DNA of 63,963 bases, filler included, from Atractiella rhizophila (GCA_021432655.1; 4 parts of 4 records of this genome joined end to end with filler, not necessarily neighbours in it); one strand, 5' to 3'. Shown: positions 21,896-34,319, numbered from the whole stretch's first letter. Made by a program: numbers and translations. The notes: generated from the letters alone by a model not told the origin.

Positions 21896-22571
21896 TTACT
21901 GTGACCGAACCTCGTTTGTCGTCTTCCTATTATAATTCTTACCCCAAATATTGACGTTGGCATAGCGAAAAGAGATTCAATCATGCGAGCAGATTCGAGT
22001 CCTGTATTATTGTAAACTGGAAGCTGACTAGTTCCAAAGCTTCACTTATGCTACTTCTACCTTTCTACATTGTTCACGATCTACTGTACTAGTGTCAGAC
22101 TGTACATGAGTTAAGGGAGAGCAATCACTGTTGTTATGAGCCACCCCAATGGCGATTCATGTGGTGCACAAGACGCTTCACAGAATGAGCATTCCGTGAG
22201 ATAATGATAATTCTGCAGCATGTTCTGCAGCATGTGCACACCGAACATCTCCACCAGGAGCATCAAGCGAAGATGCTTCAATACTAGTATTCATCTCCTC
22301 ACTATGCGTTAGTTCTCTGCCCCAAGTCATGCTAGTGACGTACAGCTCTGTCGACCGTCCCACCAGTGCAGCCGCGAGTGGACAGCCGAGTGGCCCAACG
22401 CGTTCACATTACCGCTCTCCCGCAAACACTTTGTTCTGACTTTCGGCTATTCCGTGCTGCAGATTCTGAAGAATACATAACGCAGGCATGACATTATCTC
22501 GTCTTTTCTCTTCATATGTAACAATCATTGATCTATGGCCCACAGTCTGACGTACTCTTTCAGAACTTGAA

Positions 22572-24287
22572 ATGATTGAGCAGCAAGCATCCGCATCCAT
22601 ATCATACTTGCCCTCGCAAGATCCAGAGTTGACCGCCCTGGCTAACCTCATCACCCCTTCAGAACGGAGTACTTCACTCAACATTTCTATTCTTCCCTCG
22701 TTCTTATCTCGGCTACCTCTGTCGGTTAGCAAGCTTCAGATTACCTTTGTTTTACCTCTTGCATTCGCGGACGAGACTCCTGCAGAGGTGTCGTCGAAAT
22801 TGTCCTCTTTCTCACTTGATTGTCTCGAAGCTGCAGCAGAAAATGGCAAAAGTACTGGTGTTGCGAATCTACGCGTTGCATTCGACTGGAAAAATATCAC
22901 CGTAACCTCTGGGGAAGTCGACAGGCAGGCATCCGACGTTTCAAATGAGCTTCCCCCAGACGCCGAGCCGTTCAGTCGCACATTTCCTGTCCTCCCGGAA
23001 AATCGCGCTGTTGCCCTCGTCACACCCGTTGCATTGCTATACCCAAGAGACGATCGGCGCTTCGAGCGTATCAGTGATGACAATTCATCAACCGTCCCAT
23101 CCCTCAGTCAAAACGCCGCGACCTTTATTCAGCTCTCGTGCTCCCCAAGCTGCGGGGTTGCCCCATGCTCTATATCGCGCCTCCCAATCGAACTTCTAAC
23201 CCTCATATTTGATTTCCTCGCCGCGAGTGAAGTCGGCGATTATTACCATACAGCTTCAAAGCTCCGTGACGTCTGTCTGCTTTGGAGACCTGTTTCAGCT
23301 GCTTATTGGAAAGAACCTACCTCAGCGAAAACCAAGCTTGCTCGCTTGAAACTCTACCCTGGCGCGGGTCGGCAATGGAGACAACTCCGGTTTGGGCAAG
23401 ATATCAGTATTCGGATGGTGAAAGAGGTCATCGAAGGCTCACCGAATGTTACGGAAGTCTGGCTGGATGCGTTTTGGAACGAAGAGGAAGTGAAGCTTGT
23501 GTTGAATGCACTTGAAGGTTTGACATGGTTGGAGACGGTGACCTTTGGCGATAGGGGTTCTAGAATGTGGACGAAGGAGGAGGTGGAGCACTTTGTGCAG
23601 AGGATGAGCGGTAGGATCAGATGGCTCAGCGCTTACTCCGTGGAAGACTCTTCCTCTTCCTCTGTCAGCCCTACAGCATCAGGCCTTCAATTACCCCCTG
23701 GATTCACGTCCCTCACGCTTCACGGGTACCCGCCGCTCCCATCTATTTCCCTCCCACGCTCCCTCCTGCACCTGAATCTATCCCATTCATGTCCCCTCCC
23801 TCGGTCCCTCTCAAGCTTCCCTCTCCCGCCCCTTCTCGAGGATCTCGAACTCAAGCTCACACCTTACTCTGTCGATGGCAGTATCTCCGTTCTGACTACT
23901 CCGCTCGACATTTCACAACTCACACAGCTTACCTTACTTTGCCTTGATGGTGGCGCGGAAACATCCAACCTTGTTTCCCCTAAGTTCTTCAGCACTCTCA
24001 AAAATGCAGTAATGATAAAGAGTATCGAACTTGCGTATTGTGTGGTGGAGTGGTTCGGTTTTCCAGAATTCGTCTGCTGGTTCTTTGGGCTTCGCGGCGC
24101 GAACAAAGAACAGGATACTACAGCTAAAGAGGAGAAAAGGACGAAAGGACGCAAACTGAGTGTTCTATTGTTTTTTGGAGAGTGGAACGAGGAGCATATT
24201 GGGATTGCTAGGAGGACGATGAGGCAGTGTGGAGTGAGTGAGCGGGATGTAAGGTCGAAAGTTTGGGAAGAGTGCAGGGAGGACTGA
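22572..24287 (+). CDS. Intronless F-box / LRR-like protein (paralog of 7778-9559)
   Basis: 571-aa ORF with 'ISRLPIELLTLIFDFL...LRDVCLLWR'. Colinear with 7778-9559 (SILPSFL, TFVLP, LKxYPxAGR, GSPNV, WNxEE, LDG..ETSNLV, TLKNA, YCVV, EFVxWFFG, LFFGxW). Confidence 0.85.
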   Translation: MIEQQASASISYLPSQDPELTALANLITPSERSTSLNISILPSFLSRLPLSVSKLQITFVLPLAFADETPAEVSSKLSSFSLDCLEAAAENGKSTGVANLRVAFDWKNITVTSGEVDRQASDVSNELPPDAEPFSRTFPVLPENRAVALVTPVALLYPRDDRRFERISDDNSSTVPSLSQNAATFIQLSCSPSCGVAPCSISRLPIELLTLIFDFLAASEVGDYYHTASKLRDVCLLWRPVSAAYWKEPTSAKTKLARLKLYPGAGRQWRQLRFGQDISIRMVKEVIEGSPNVTEVWLDAFWNEEEVKLVLNALEGLTWLETVTFGDRGSRMWTKEEVEHFVQRMSGRIRWLSAYSVEDSSSSSVSPTASGLQLPPGFTSLTLHGYPPLPSISLPRSLLHLNLSHSCPLPRSLSSFPLPPLLEDLELKLTPYSVDGSISVLTTPLDISQLTQLTLLCLDGGAETSNLVSPKFFSTLKNAVMIKSIELAYCVVEWFGFPEFVCWFFGLRGANKEQDTTAKEEKRTKGRKLSVLLFFGEWNEEHIGIARRTMRQCGVSERDVRSKVWEECRED

Positions 24288-25597
24288 TGTGGAAGTCAAA
24301 GTCCGATTTTCACCTTTGGTCTGACAGCGTGACATGAAGGTGGTCTCATCCTATACTCCAGGCTACTCCAAAACAATTGGACGCAGTGCCTGTGGCCTGA
24401 CGGAATTGCATCGCGGTCTGCTACGCCACGCCAGCTTTCCCAATTCCAATTTGTGAATAGCTTTGATGCACTGGATCAATGCCTTTATACGTCATGGATT
24501 GAAGGAATATTTTTGGGACAATGTTATGTTATGGTGTGTTTAGTTTCATGAATATGAGTACATGTGTGCATATACCCATGCGACACATCATTTATGCACG
24601 CAATTTATGCCATTAGACTGACAACAGCCACAGGAACATACTGCGATTTCTTCCTGCGACGACCTTTAGTAAATGTTATTGCTACGCTGTAAAAGAGGAA
24701 GAACGCACCTTTGCCTGCTCGATATGAAAGGCTTCCACTACTCGACGAATTATTACAGCTTCAGAGTTTGTTATTTAAATATGCAAACGCCACTTGACAT
24801 CATCTATATTCATATCAGAGACTCTTCCTCCCTGGAGGTCATCTTCCCAGTCCTCTTCCGTACGCGGTGTTGTCAGATAAAATGAGCTTCAAGTTCTGGT
24901 CGTCTTCCCTCATCCTCGAACTCTTTATCAACTCCTCTGAGTTCCAGTACTTCACCTAAGATCCTGCCAAATCCTATCCCCATGATCCAATTCTCCCCCC
25001 ATGTAAACTCGCTTCCCCTTGCCGCCCTCTCCTGCTGTAACGCCTTCTTCCTTCTCCTCCGCTTCCCATCCCTGCGAGCAAGAAGAAGGGGAGCGTTGCC
25101 AAATGTTCGCATCATGACAACCCTGGCAGTAGGTTTCCAGTTGGTGTTTAGCAGATCATTTTTCTTCTCGCGTTTCTGCTCGTGCTCGTGCTATTCCGAT
25201 TCCACTTCCTCCCAACCCACGGTGACACTAATTTCGATGATGGCTGCACCGTTTGCACAACTTTCACCGTGAGGAGTACCAATAAGGTAGTTCGACTCAC
25301 GTAGAGGAGGAGCTATGAGAGTTTCAAGGAGCTTTTGTTGCTAAGCTTGAAGTGGTCATTTTGCAGATTGATTTCGGAAGCCTGTGATGAGCGAGTGACC
25401 ACTTGAAGAGGGTTCGGTGGCGAAGTGAGAGAAAAGCTGCTGAAATGTGTCTCGTAGGTGTCCATGATTGAATTTGGAATGGATCTTTTGTGCAAGAGGC
25501 AGAGGGATATCATTGAGCTATATTGCTTGTGGTATCGTGTACAGCAATCACACACAGAGCGCGTTCTTTTACCCAGGTACTGCACGATTCTTGCAAT

Positions 25598-27210
25598 TTA
25601 GGCAGTCAAACCGAAAACAGCCCTGGGAACATAAGGAGCCTCGATTCTCTGGATTTCTTCCTGCGGCGACATTCAGCATATGCTACGCTATGAACGAGGA
25701 AGACTATGCCTTTGTCAGCTCAATATGAACGGCATCCACCAATTCTTTGAGACTGTCGATGTTAGTCGTGCCCACAATAGGAGCTGTAACAGCTTCATGA
25801 TTTGCTACATATGCGAACGCCACTTGTGCCATCTAAATTCACATTCAGACTCCTTCCTATAGGTGATGTTTGTTTACCTTTACACCTCTTTCTTCAGCAA
25901 TAGCTTCCACAGCATCAATGATGGCCTTGTTACTCTCAGACGTCCCGGACTGAAGCATCAGTTGACTAAAGTAATCTTCTTTGTCCCGGTTTCCCGTGGC
26001 TGATGGAGCGCTCCAGGGTCGACAGAGAAAACCGCGAGCTAGAGGGGACCCTGATAGCAGAAATTATCACTGGGAGACACCGTAGATATGAGGAACGCAC
26101 AAGGAATGCTTCCCACTCCCAACGTTTTAAGCAACGGCATCATTTCTCTTTCTTCTTCCCTGTATAACGCCGAATAACAGTTTTGCATAGAGATAAAGGG
26201 AGTAAGATTGTTCGTGATCGCGTAGTTTTGCTGAGACGATCCCAGTAAGTTGGGTGGCTAGCTAGAGAGCGAACATGCCATGGCGTGAAATTGATAGGCA
26301 AAACAAGATGACATCCCAATGTACCTATTCTTCGATCAACTTGGGCAGTGTAAAAGTGATTCGAAAGTATACCTGACCCAACCCAATCGCACGACATCGT
26401 TCAAAGCATGCATTGTTTCTTCGATAGGAGTAAGGGGGTCAAATCTGTGGCCTTTGGTCGCGATTAGCAGCTGAATAATGACTGTTAACTTGATACTTAC
26501 ACTGCAAAACGTCAATATATTCCACGTCCAACCTCTTGAGGGCACTCTGGACGCCATCGAAGATGTGTTTACGAGAAAGTCCCCATCGGTTCGCATACCC
26601 ATGAGCATCAGGGTCTTCATATACGCTGAAGACCTCCTTCTCTTCAGGATCCGTCAGCGGCATGAAAATCTGAAAAGTACACTTGAAATTTGGTCGATGG
26701 GGAGTAAACGCCTGACCTTAGTCATGATTACCACCTTTTCTCGAGGGATCTGCAAGCTCTTGAGAGCCTTTCCGAGAATGATCTCAGATTCTCCATTGGA
26801 ATACACTGCGTTCCGTTCATTCAGCTTAATCGAGAGCGCAATGGAGGAGATTACTATTTGCTGTGCTATTCTCATGTACCCTTGTGAGAAAGGCTCGGTG
26901 CGACCAGAAAGAAGAAACGAACTCGAACGTATTGATTCCTAACTTATAGGCTAGCTCAATATGCTTGAGTCCTTCTTCTTCCTCTAGCACCCAATTTTGC
27001 CATGTCTTACTCCCATAGGACATGCACCCGAGTATCACCTTTCCACAGTAAGCTGTCAACCTGCATGGGATGAGGAATATTGGTGCATACTTTTGAGACC
27101 TTGAGACCAGACTTTCCCAAGTTCACTGCATACGTATGTGAGTATTAAGCGTGTAATAAGACCAGAAAGAATGCACCATATTTCATGGTTTTGATAGGGG
27201 TTTCAGCCAT
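25598..27210 (-). CDS. Aldo-keto reductase (aryl-alcohol dehydrogenase/YajO-like subfamily), multi-exon
   Basis: 'VNLGKSGLKVSK', 'ILGCMSYG', 'GINTFDTAN-YSNGESE', 'GLSRKHIFD..LKRLDVEYIDVLQCHRFD..TPIEETMHALND', 'MAQVAFAY..VTAPIVG', ending 'EAPYVPRAVFGLTA*'. Confidence 0.93.
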
Positions 27211-28587
27211 CGTATTCTTTCTTCGACTTCTTTGGAGCAGATGGAGAAAATAGGGCCATTCCGCTTTTATACCTCCATTGTCAGTGTGGTCTTCCGTCTA
27301 CTCCACTTGAAGCTCATATTGGTGAGGCTGCCTAGTATTTCCTGTGAGAAACATCGCAGGACAACAGAGTGGAGAGCGAATGTAGATTCACGGCGTGGAG
27401 TCTCCATCAGCCGAGTTGACGTGTTTGAACCCAGGGCTCCACGAATCTCCAAAAAATTAGGGACGAGAATTAAAGAGATAACTTTAGATTAGTGGTGACT
27501 TTGAAGTGTGGCGGCATGAACCAAGATCTGCCTACTGAAAACTTCACTGGTGAATCCAAGCAATAGGGCAAATTTATATTGATATCTCGCGAAATGGGTA
27601 GGGAAATATTGAAGCGTCACCCGTATGGAACTTTCGTTTTAGTGAACGAAAATATCGCTCTCCTTTCTCATCCTTCTGTCTAGCATACCCCCACCGTAGT
27701 GTTGAACTGACCACGGCAGACGCTGACGTGCGATGTGCCGTCAACTTGCATGGTTGTTCGTAGAAACTGCAAAATTGGTCTCCACTCCGCCAAGGATCCA
27801 CCTTGGGATGCAACTTGGCCACCCGAGTTCGGGCATCATCATCTATTGTCTCTCTGCAATCTAGCCCTATCTCCACTCTCAAAGGCAGTTGAAGACTGTG
27901 CGCTGCTTTGTAACGTTCTGATGCAGACACTTCCATAAACAGTGTTTGGCACCATTTTCGCTTCAGCCTGGACATGTTTGAACTACGCATACTTTCCAGG
28001 TTTGAACCTCCAACCAGTCACCTACACCATCAGAGCAGGGAAGCGACTACGGATTTTAATTTTCTTGAGACGTGAAAAGCAGAAAGCTTTGTTCAAACTT
28101 CGGCACAACTAGTCTGAACATGCATTCACCGTACCATATACTGCCTACGTGCAGTCGAGGAGAAAACGTACCACGCGTGCAACTGTTCGCATCTCTCCTC
28201 AACAAGTTGCTATCGGAACATGATGCGTGATATCACGTCCACCTCAGACTATGCGGATCACCCATTACATCAAGGCCGAGTGTCGAAAAGATAGTCTTTG
28301 TTGCTGATGATGGAAAATGCGCAAAGTTGGTTCCGTTACTTCGGATTATGACGTCGCAATTTCAGCTGGTCTTATAAACAGCATCCCTTTTTCAACTGCA
28401 CGCTCATAATACTACCCTCGTACCTGCTCACCCTGCGACGACCTCACCTTTATTTGCACGTCTTTACGAGGCTGCTACGAGTTAGGTCTGGACTTTCCTG
28501 CCAATAAGCTACTTGTTCAAGTTGTTGTTGACTTGTAAGTGCTTCCATTTCGTGATAGAAGAATGGAGTTGAGTGTTTCCATTGTGG

Positions 28588-29567
28588 ATGAAGAACATGG
28601 ACTCGCGATTCTCTACCACAGGCTCAAGGCACCACCATTGGCTATATGTATGGATCCCCATCTTTGGCTCTGTCGTGTGGTTTGGTGAGTTCCCTTCTCT
28701 CTCAAGGGCCAGTGCGAGGACTGATGGTGGCGTGTCTCAGGCACGCTACTCGCCATGCTCGTCACTTGGCTAGCGCAAGGGCGTCCACATTACGTCTCCA
28801 TGGAAGGCAACATCGCTTACATCTCAGACGTGGGAGCTGACATCCTCAAACCACTCTTCATCACTGGCTGCTGCATCACCGCCGTTTCCTTCTTTCTCAC
28901 TCTGGTGGTTGAGAAGGGGTTGCGACACACTGGACGGTATGTCTTCTCATTCTCTTTTGCTAATGTCAAGTATTGACTAAATATTGTCGCGATCGAATAG
29001 CTTGGTACCGAACTTTAGGAACAGAGAACGCGTCTGCGCTTTCCTCGCGATCCTTGGCTCCTTCATAGGCGGTTGTGGCCTCATCTTGCTCTCAATATTC
29101 GATACGAAGCGACACCCATCTCTTCACCGTGTCTTCTTGCTCGTTTTCATGCTCGGAGTCGCGCTTTCCGCACTCTTTACGATAATGGAGGTCCGACCCT
29201 CTTCCTCTTCTTGTGTTACAAAAACACTGACGATGTGCTCGCTATTCATGAACAGCTCCGATTCATTGCCCATGACGTCCCCTGGCTCCGTACTCTCCGC
29301 GTGCACTACATCGTCAAAGGCATTATCGCAGGTGCAGAGATCCTCCTCGCCATCGCGTTTGCGATTTTCCTCTTCCTGGACGGGACCGTAGCGTACGACG
29401 TAGCGGCCATACTGGAATGGGTCATCGCTTTTGGGTTCACGTTCTACTTGCTCAGCTTTGCCTGGGACTTGAGAATGTCAAAAGGAGTGGGCAAGGGAGA
29501 GGCTAGGTTGTTGGCCCTCCAGGGAGCCGACGTGGGCGAGCACAATGGAGGAATGAGACAAATTTAG
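28588..29567 (+). CDS. SFK1: Frag1/DRAM/Sfk1-family membrane protein
   Basis: 'WFG-TLLAMLVTW..GRPHY', 'IAYISDVGA..LKPLFITG', 'LLSIFDT..HPSLH', 'AAILEWVIAFGFTFYLLSF'. Three short introns. Confidence 0.85.
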
Positions 29568-29847
29568 GTGAGTTCGCCGTTGCTGTTTATTGTAATTGGA
29601 GCCATGGAGTCGATCCGCTTGACGTTGGTTGTTTTGGGCAGGAAATGAATGTACTTCGATTTTCGGGTGACACAATTAACGCCAAGGCAACTTGTATAGT
29701 ACATCAGTAAAATGTTCCATAGTGAAAACGTCATTTGTTTTTATATGTAATATCCCTATCCTTGTGCGAGAGCCTGATCCAGGATGATCGAACAGCATTT
29801 TCAAAGGTAAACACTTTGAGTATTCTAATCACGTGATACCCCAAACT

Positions 29848-31933
29848 ATGCAACCTCGTCTCCTCTCCAGTCCACGCTGTCTCCCTCTCCTTCTTCGCTC
29901 AGGGCGCCTTCGTGTGCGTGGGATAGCAACTGCAGCGACCACACCCGAAAATCATGACATAGTGATCGTGGGTGGGGGTCCGGCTGGCCTTTCACTGGCT
30001 TCTGCTCTGGGTTCGTATTTCTCCATCCCTTCCATACCTAAGAAACGAGATGTCTGATATCGGGCTTTTAGTGGCCAACCCGGCCATTACCTCTTCATAT
30101 GTTAGGAAAATCACTCTCCTCGACGGCGCGGATTTTGAGCACATTCGTTCTTTCCCCAATCCTAGTAGGTTGGGAGTCGGCGAGTATTCGAATCGAGTGA
30201 GCAGTATTACGGCGGACTCGAAGGCTTTTTTGGAGGGGTTTGGGGGTGGGATCATGTGCGGAGAGAGAGGGCGTGGCCGATGAAGGATATGGTGGTATGT
30301 TCTTCCTTTCTTCAAATTTCTTGTCTTCTGTCATTTCTGTTTGTGATTCTTTCATGATTCGTTTGAGGACCAAGGACCAAGCCTTTGCATTCCTTACCAT
30401 GTCTAGTGGCTCCTGTCATTCTTTAAGGTAGATGTACCCCCAACAGCAGCCATACATTTGGCATGATATGATGAAGAATGTTCCATTGAAAGAAATATCT
30501 ATTCGGTTTATTCGCGCACAGTCGTTTTCTGCTTCCAAAAAGCGTGCGCGAAGGTCTAACCAATTGTTTCTCAGGTATCAGACGGGGTCACCGACGCTCT
30601 CATCGAATTTAATTCTGGGAATGAACCAATGGCCACACTAGTAGAGAACTTGAATCTTCAACGTGGACTTTTGTCCTTTCTTTCCGGGAGAGAGAACAGC
30701 GGCAATGTTGAACTGGAGATCCTCGATAAAACGAAGGTAGAGGATATTGTACGGGATGGAGGAGAAGGGAGTAGCGGAGTTGAGAGTGGATGGCCGGTCC
30801 TGACATTGAGTAATGGGAGGAAGCTAAAGACTCGCTTACTCGTGAGTATCAGTTTTCCCAACTGCTGTAGGGTATGCAGAAGGCTAATGAAGATTTCAGG
30901 TTGGAGCGGACGGCCATAATTCGCCTGTTAAAGCGTTTGCGGGAATCAAGTCTACTGGGCATGCTTATGATGCTATGGGCATAGTTCTCAATTTGGAGGT
31001 CGAACCAAAGATGGGAGATGTGAATGAGACTGCCTATCAGCGCTTTTTGAGCAGCGGGCCCATTGCGTACTTACCCGTTCGTCTTCACTTCTCTCTTCCC
31101 CTTGCATCTATCTTTCCTTCTGTGAATTTACTGAACGTCGAACGCGGTAAACGCAGCTCTCTCCCAACCGAACATCCATAGTTTGGTCTCTCCCCCCTCC
31201 CATTGCAAAGGCCATTCTCTCGCTCCCCTCCCACTTCATCCCCCAACTGGTTAACGCCGCCTTCCGTCTGCCTTCCAACGCTCTGCAGAACCTCCTCTCA
31301 TCTCTGCCCCTCCTTACTCCCGACGCGACCACCCCTGAAATTCCCACTCTAGATCCACCTTCGATTCCCCTCCCGCCATTCGCAGTTGCTCTGCAAACAG
31401 GAACGCTCGCTGCCTTCCCACTCAGGCTTTCACACGCCGACACCTACTACGCACCCCGCGTTGCACTGATTGGAGACGCAGCCCATACCATTCACCCTCT
31501 TGCAGGACAGGGGTTGAACATGGGACTAGGTGACAGCCATGCTCTTTCCTCCGTCCTTGCCGAAGGGATAGAAGGGGCGGAAGAGGTCGGTTCAGTCACG
31601 CTCTTGAAGCGGTACGAGCGGCGTCGTGTGCTCGCGAACGAGTCACTCTTACTCGCCACAGACACATTGTACCAGCTACATGCATCGAATTGGGATCCGA
31701 TAGTGAGGTTGAGAAGTACCGGGTTGGAAATACTGAATGAAATGGGGTGGCTGAAGCGTGCTCTTGTTGGTGTTGCAGGAGGCCGGCCGGAGGAGGGAGA
31801 CGAGCTGGGAGGTAAAAAATGGCAAGATGTCATGGCGGCAAGTGCACAAGGTTGGTTTGATTTCAAAGATGGGGTAAGGAGTGTGGTGGATTTAGCGAAG
31901 AGAGGGATAGGACAGGGATTTGGGAGGACCTGA
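29848..31933 (+). CDS. COQ6: Ubiquinone biosynthesis monooxygenase COQ6 (apparent 1-nt frameshift near 30242-30246)
   Basis: Arg/Leu/Ser-rich presequence, 'DIVIVGGGPAG', 'SNRVSSIT', 'VENLNLQRGLL', 'VGADGHNSPV', 'AYQRFL..GPIAYLP', 'FPLRLSHAD.Y..RVALIGDAAHTIHPLAGQGLNMGLGD'. Confidence 0.93.
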
Positions 31934-32213
31934 CGGAATGGTTCTTTGTTGGCGCAAAAGTAGCTGTCATTTATGGTCTATAACTAAATAGTTGCGAATC
32001 GTTGCTCTTTATTTATTCGTTCGTTCCGAAATATGCACTGGAAACGGCCATAAACAAAGAGGACGGGAGACGAGACGTTCAGCGTCGTCAAATATACTAA
32101 ATTGAAAAAGGGTCAACCCATGGATAAACCAATGTCGAAGTCCGAAATTTAATCAACCCATCATACAGCCAATGTGTCACGCCGAAGGAGCGCATATTCA
32201 CACCTGCCTTCAT

Positions 32214-34319
32214 TCACATTGCTGAGCCGACATCCTCGGTTACGTCGGTGTCCTTCTTCTTCAGCTCATCCTCTACCTTACCCGGCGATTCAGTCTTTAG
32301 ATCCACTTTAGCATCCTTGTTGGCCTGTTCCCCGAGGACTGGAGTTTTGGGATCATCCCTATCCATCTGCAATCCGCCAATATCACCATCATGCTCCACT
32401 ATCTGCTCGTCTTCCTGCTTCGTCAAGACTTGACTGATACCTAGTCCTTTGGCCTCCTCCTCAGCAGCAGGAGGCGGAGCTGGTAGTCCCTTTTCTGCGT
32501 CCTCCGTTGCAGCAGCCTTCCCAAATACCGCACCGAACGAGAAGGAAGGAAACTTTCTCCGTGCCTGATTTGATGAAGAAGTGATCGTTCCCTGGGCATC
32601 CACCTTTGGAGGAAGGGGGAGTTCCGGCTCCGGGGAAGTGACTGGTGTGGCGGGTTCATCCTTCGCGAGCGATTTGCGTCCCCAGTTGAAGGCTGCGGCG
32701 GAAAAGATTGAGGGAGATGTAGAAGCCGCGGTGGAAGGCGGAGGACTGAAGAGACCGTCGCTTGAAGGCGTCTGCGCATCCGGAGGGAGGGGTGACAGAG
32801 GCTCTTCACGCACTGATGCTGGTGTCGAAGCAGCTTCTGAAGGCGGTTTCGTAGGGGCTGCGGCACGCGAACCGAAGGATCCAAAACGAGGAAGGGTCCA
32901 TTTCGACGTTGTAGGAGGTGGCGTAGGCTTGGGCTCCATGTCTGGATCTGCCTCGGTGGGGAGAGGAGGAAGCATAACCAACTCTGCTGGACCTTCTGTT
33001 GCTTCTCCTTCTCCTCGCTCGGCCCACTTCTTAGCCGCCTCCTTATTACCTGCCATGAACTCCCTTAATACCTTCAACAAATTCTCTGATGCTTGTCTGC
33101 CCTCTTCCGCTTCAAGAAGCTGTTTCGAAAGCAAGTTGATCCGATCCTTCAATCCAGAAATCTCCCGTTCGTGCTCGTCTTTCAGTTTCAAAATTGCAGC
33201 ATTCGAGGAAGATGTTCCATTTGGCACCTTTAGTCCTGGGGACGGGAGAGGAGAGACAGACCGGGGCGAAGGGGTTCTCGGTCCGTATAGAGCATCTTCA
33301 TCATGTTCGGAGAGAGAACCGAGAGTTGACGAGGAAAGTCGGCGATTATCATAATCGGGCCTAGAAGTTGTCAACGGAGAAGCGAGGCGGAGAGGAAGGA
33401 GGCCGCCTCCAGGAGAGAAGACTTCGGGATCAGGAACATTGGAAGTGTCCGAATTAAGAGAAAGAGAGAGGGAAAACTGTCGCCGATTGCCTGTTCCCTT
33501 CGGCGTCATTTGGATTGACCTCCTATTGGCGCTTGACGATGTAGGTGTAGAAGGAGTAGTGTCATCTTCGGTTGTGGAACTCGAACTTGTAAGGCCCGCG
33601 AAGCTGGACGCGACGGAGAATCGCTTATTCATTCCTTCCGCCGCTTGCGAGCCAAACGAACCAGTCCTCGAATGCCCCCTCGCATGTTGCCCTTTTATCG
33701 CGTTCGCCGTTCTCCTCGCTTCCTCCAGTCCCTTCCTCAAATATGCAACTGTCTCCTTGCTCTCCTCAAGCTCCTTCTTCGTTTCCTCCATTCCAGCTTT
33801 CAAAAGTCTCAACGACTCCACCTCTGCAGAAAGAACGTGAAAGTTGTGAGCGAGGTCGGCATGTGCTTCTTGAAGGGCTGAATGCTTCGCTTGTAGCTTC
33901 AGGAAGTGAGGTAGGAGTTTTTCTTTGCCTTCAGACTCCGAAGGACTCTCATACGCATCCTCAACCAACTTCCTCAACCTCGCATTCTCCCTCCTCAACC
34001 GCTCCATTTCATCTTCTCCCTCTTCCTCCGAGGAAGATCGTCCCTTCACATCCGCAAACCCGTTAGTATGCACAGGTGTTGCCTCCTGCTCCTGGTGCGA
34101 CTGCACGGATTGGGGTGAAAGTGGCACTTCGTGCTCAAACTGAAATGTTGGTGACGCATGTTGATCGAGTGAAAAAGCAGACTCGGAGGGAGACAAGGCG
34201 TAGGAGGGGGAGAGGACATATGCTTCTGCTGATGTGGCCTTGAATTCGCCTGTCGTAGAAAAAGAGGCCACGGAAGCTGGAGATGAGGGACCTGTTTGAG
34301 ACGGCATTAGTGTCAGCAC
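32214..34319 (-). CDS. Uncharacterised coiled-coil / Ser-Pro-rich protein (large exon; 5' exons may lie at ~34400-34930)
   Basis: 701-codon open frame with two predicted coiled-coil blocks ('LQAKHSALQEAH..', 'LKDRINLLSKQLLEAEEGRQASE..LREF') flanked by disordered sequence. Confidence 0.8.
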   Translation of the reverse strand: MLTLMPSQTGPSSPASVASFSTTGEFKATSAEAYVLSPSYALSPSESAFSLDQHASPTFQFEHEVPLSPQSVQSHQEQEATPVHTNGFADVKGRSSSEEEGEDEMERLRRENARLRKLVEDAYESPSESEGKEKLLPHFLKLQAKHSALQEAHADLAHNFHVLSAEVESLRLLKAGMEETKKELEESKETVAYLRKGLEEARRTANAIKGQHARGHSRTGSFGSQAAEGMNKRFSVASSFAGLTSSSSTTEDDTTPSTPTSSSANRRSIQMTPKGTGNRRQFSLSLSLNSDTSNVPDPEVFSPGGGLLPLRLASPLTTSRPDYDNRRLSSSTLGSLSEHDEDALYGPRTPSPRSVSPLPSPGLKVPNGTSSSNAAILKLKDEHEREISGLKDRINLLSKQLLEAEEGRQASENLLKVLREFMAGNKEAAKKWAERGEGEATEGPAELVMLPPLPTEADPDMEPKPTPPPTTSKWTLPRFGSFGSRAAAPTKPPSEAASTPASVREEPLSPLPPDAQTPSSDGLFSPPPSTAASTSPSIFSAAAFNWGRKSLAKDEPATPVTSPEPELPLPPKVDAQGTITSSSNQARRKFPSFSFGAVFGKAAATEDAEKGLPAPPPAAEEEAKGLGISQVLTKQEDEQIVEHDGDIGGLQMDRDDPKTPVLGEQANKDAKVDLKTESPGKVEDELKKKDTDVTEDVGSAM

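Noticed and set aside
32581..33354. 257-aa plus-strand ORF
   Set aside because: Antisense shadow of the Ser/Pro-rich 701-codon minus-strand exon.
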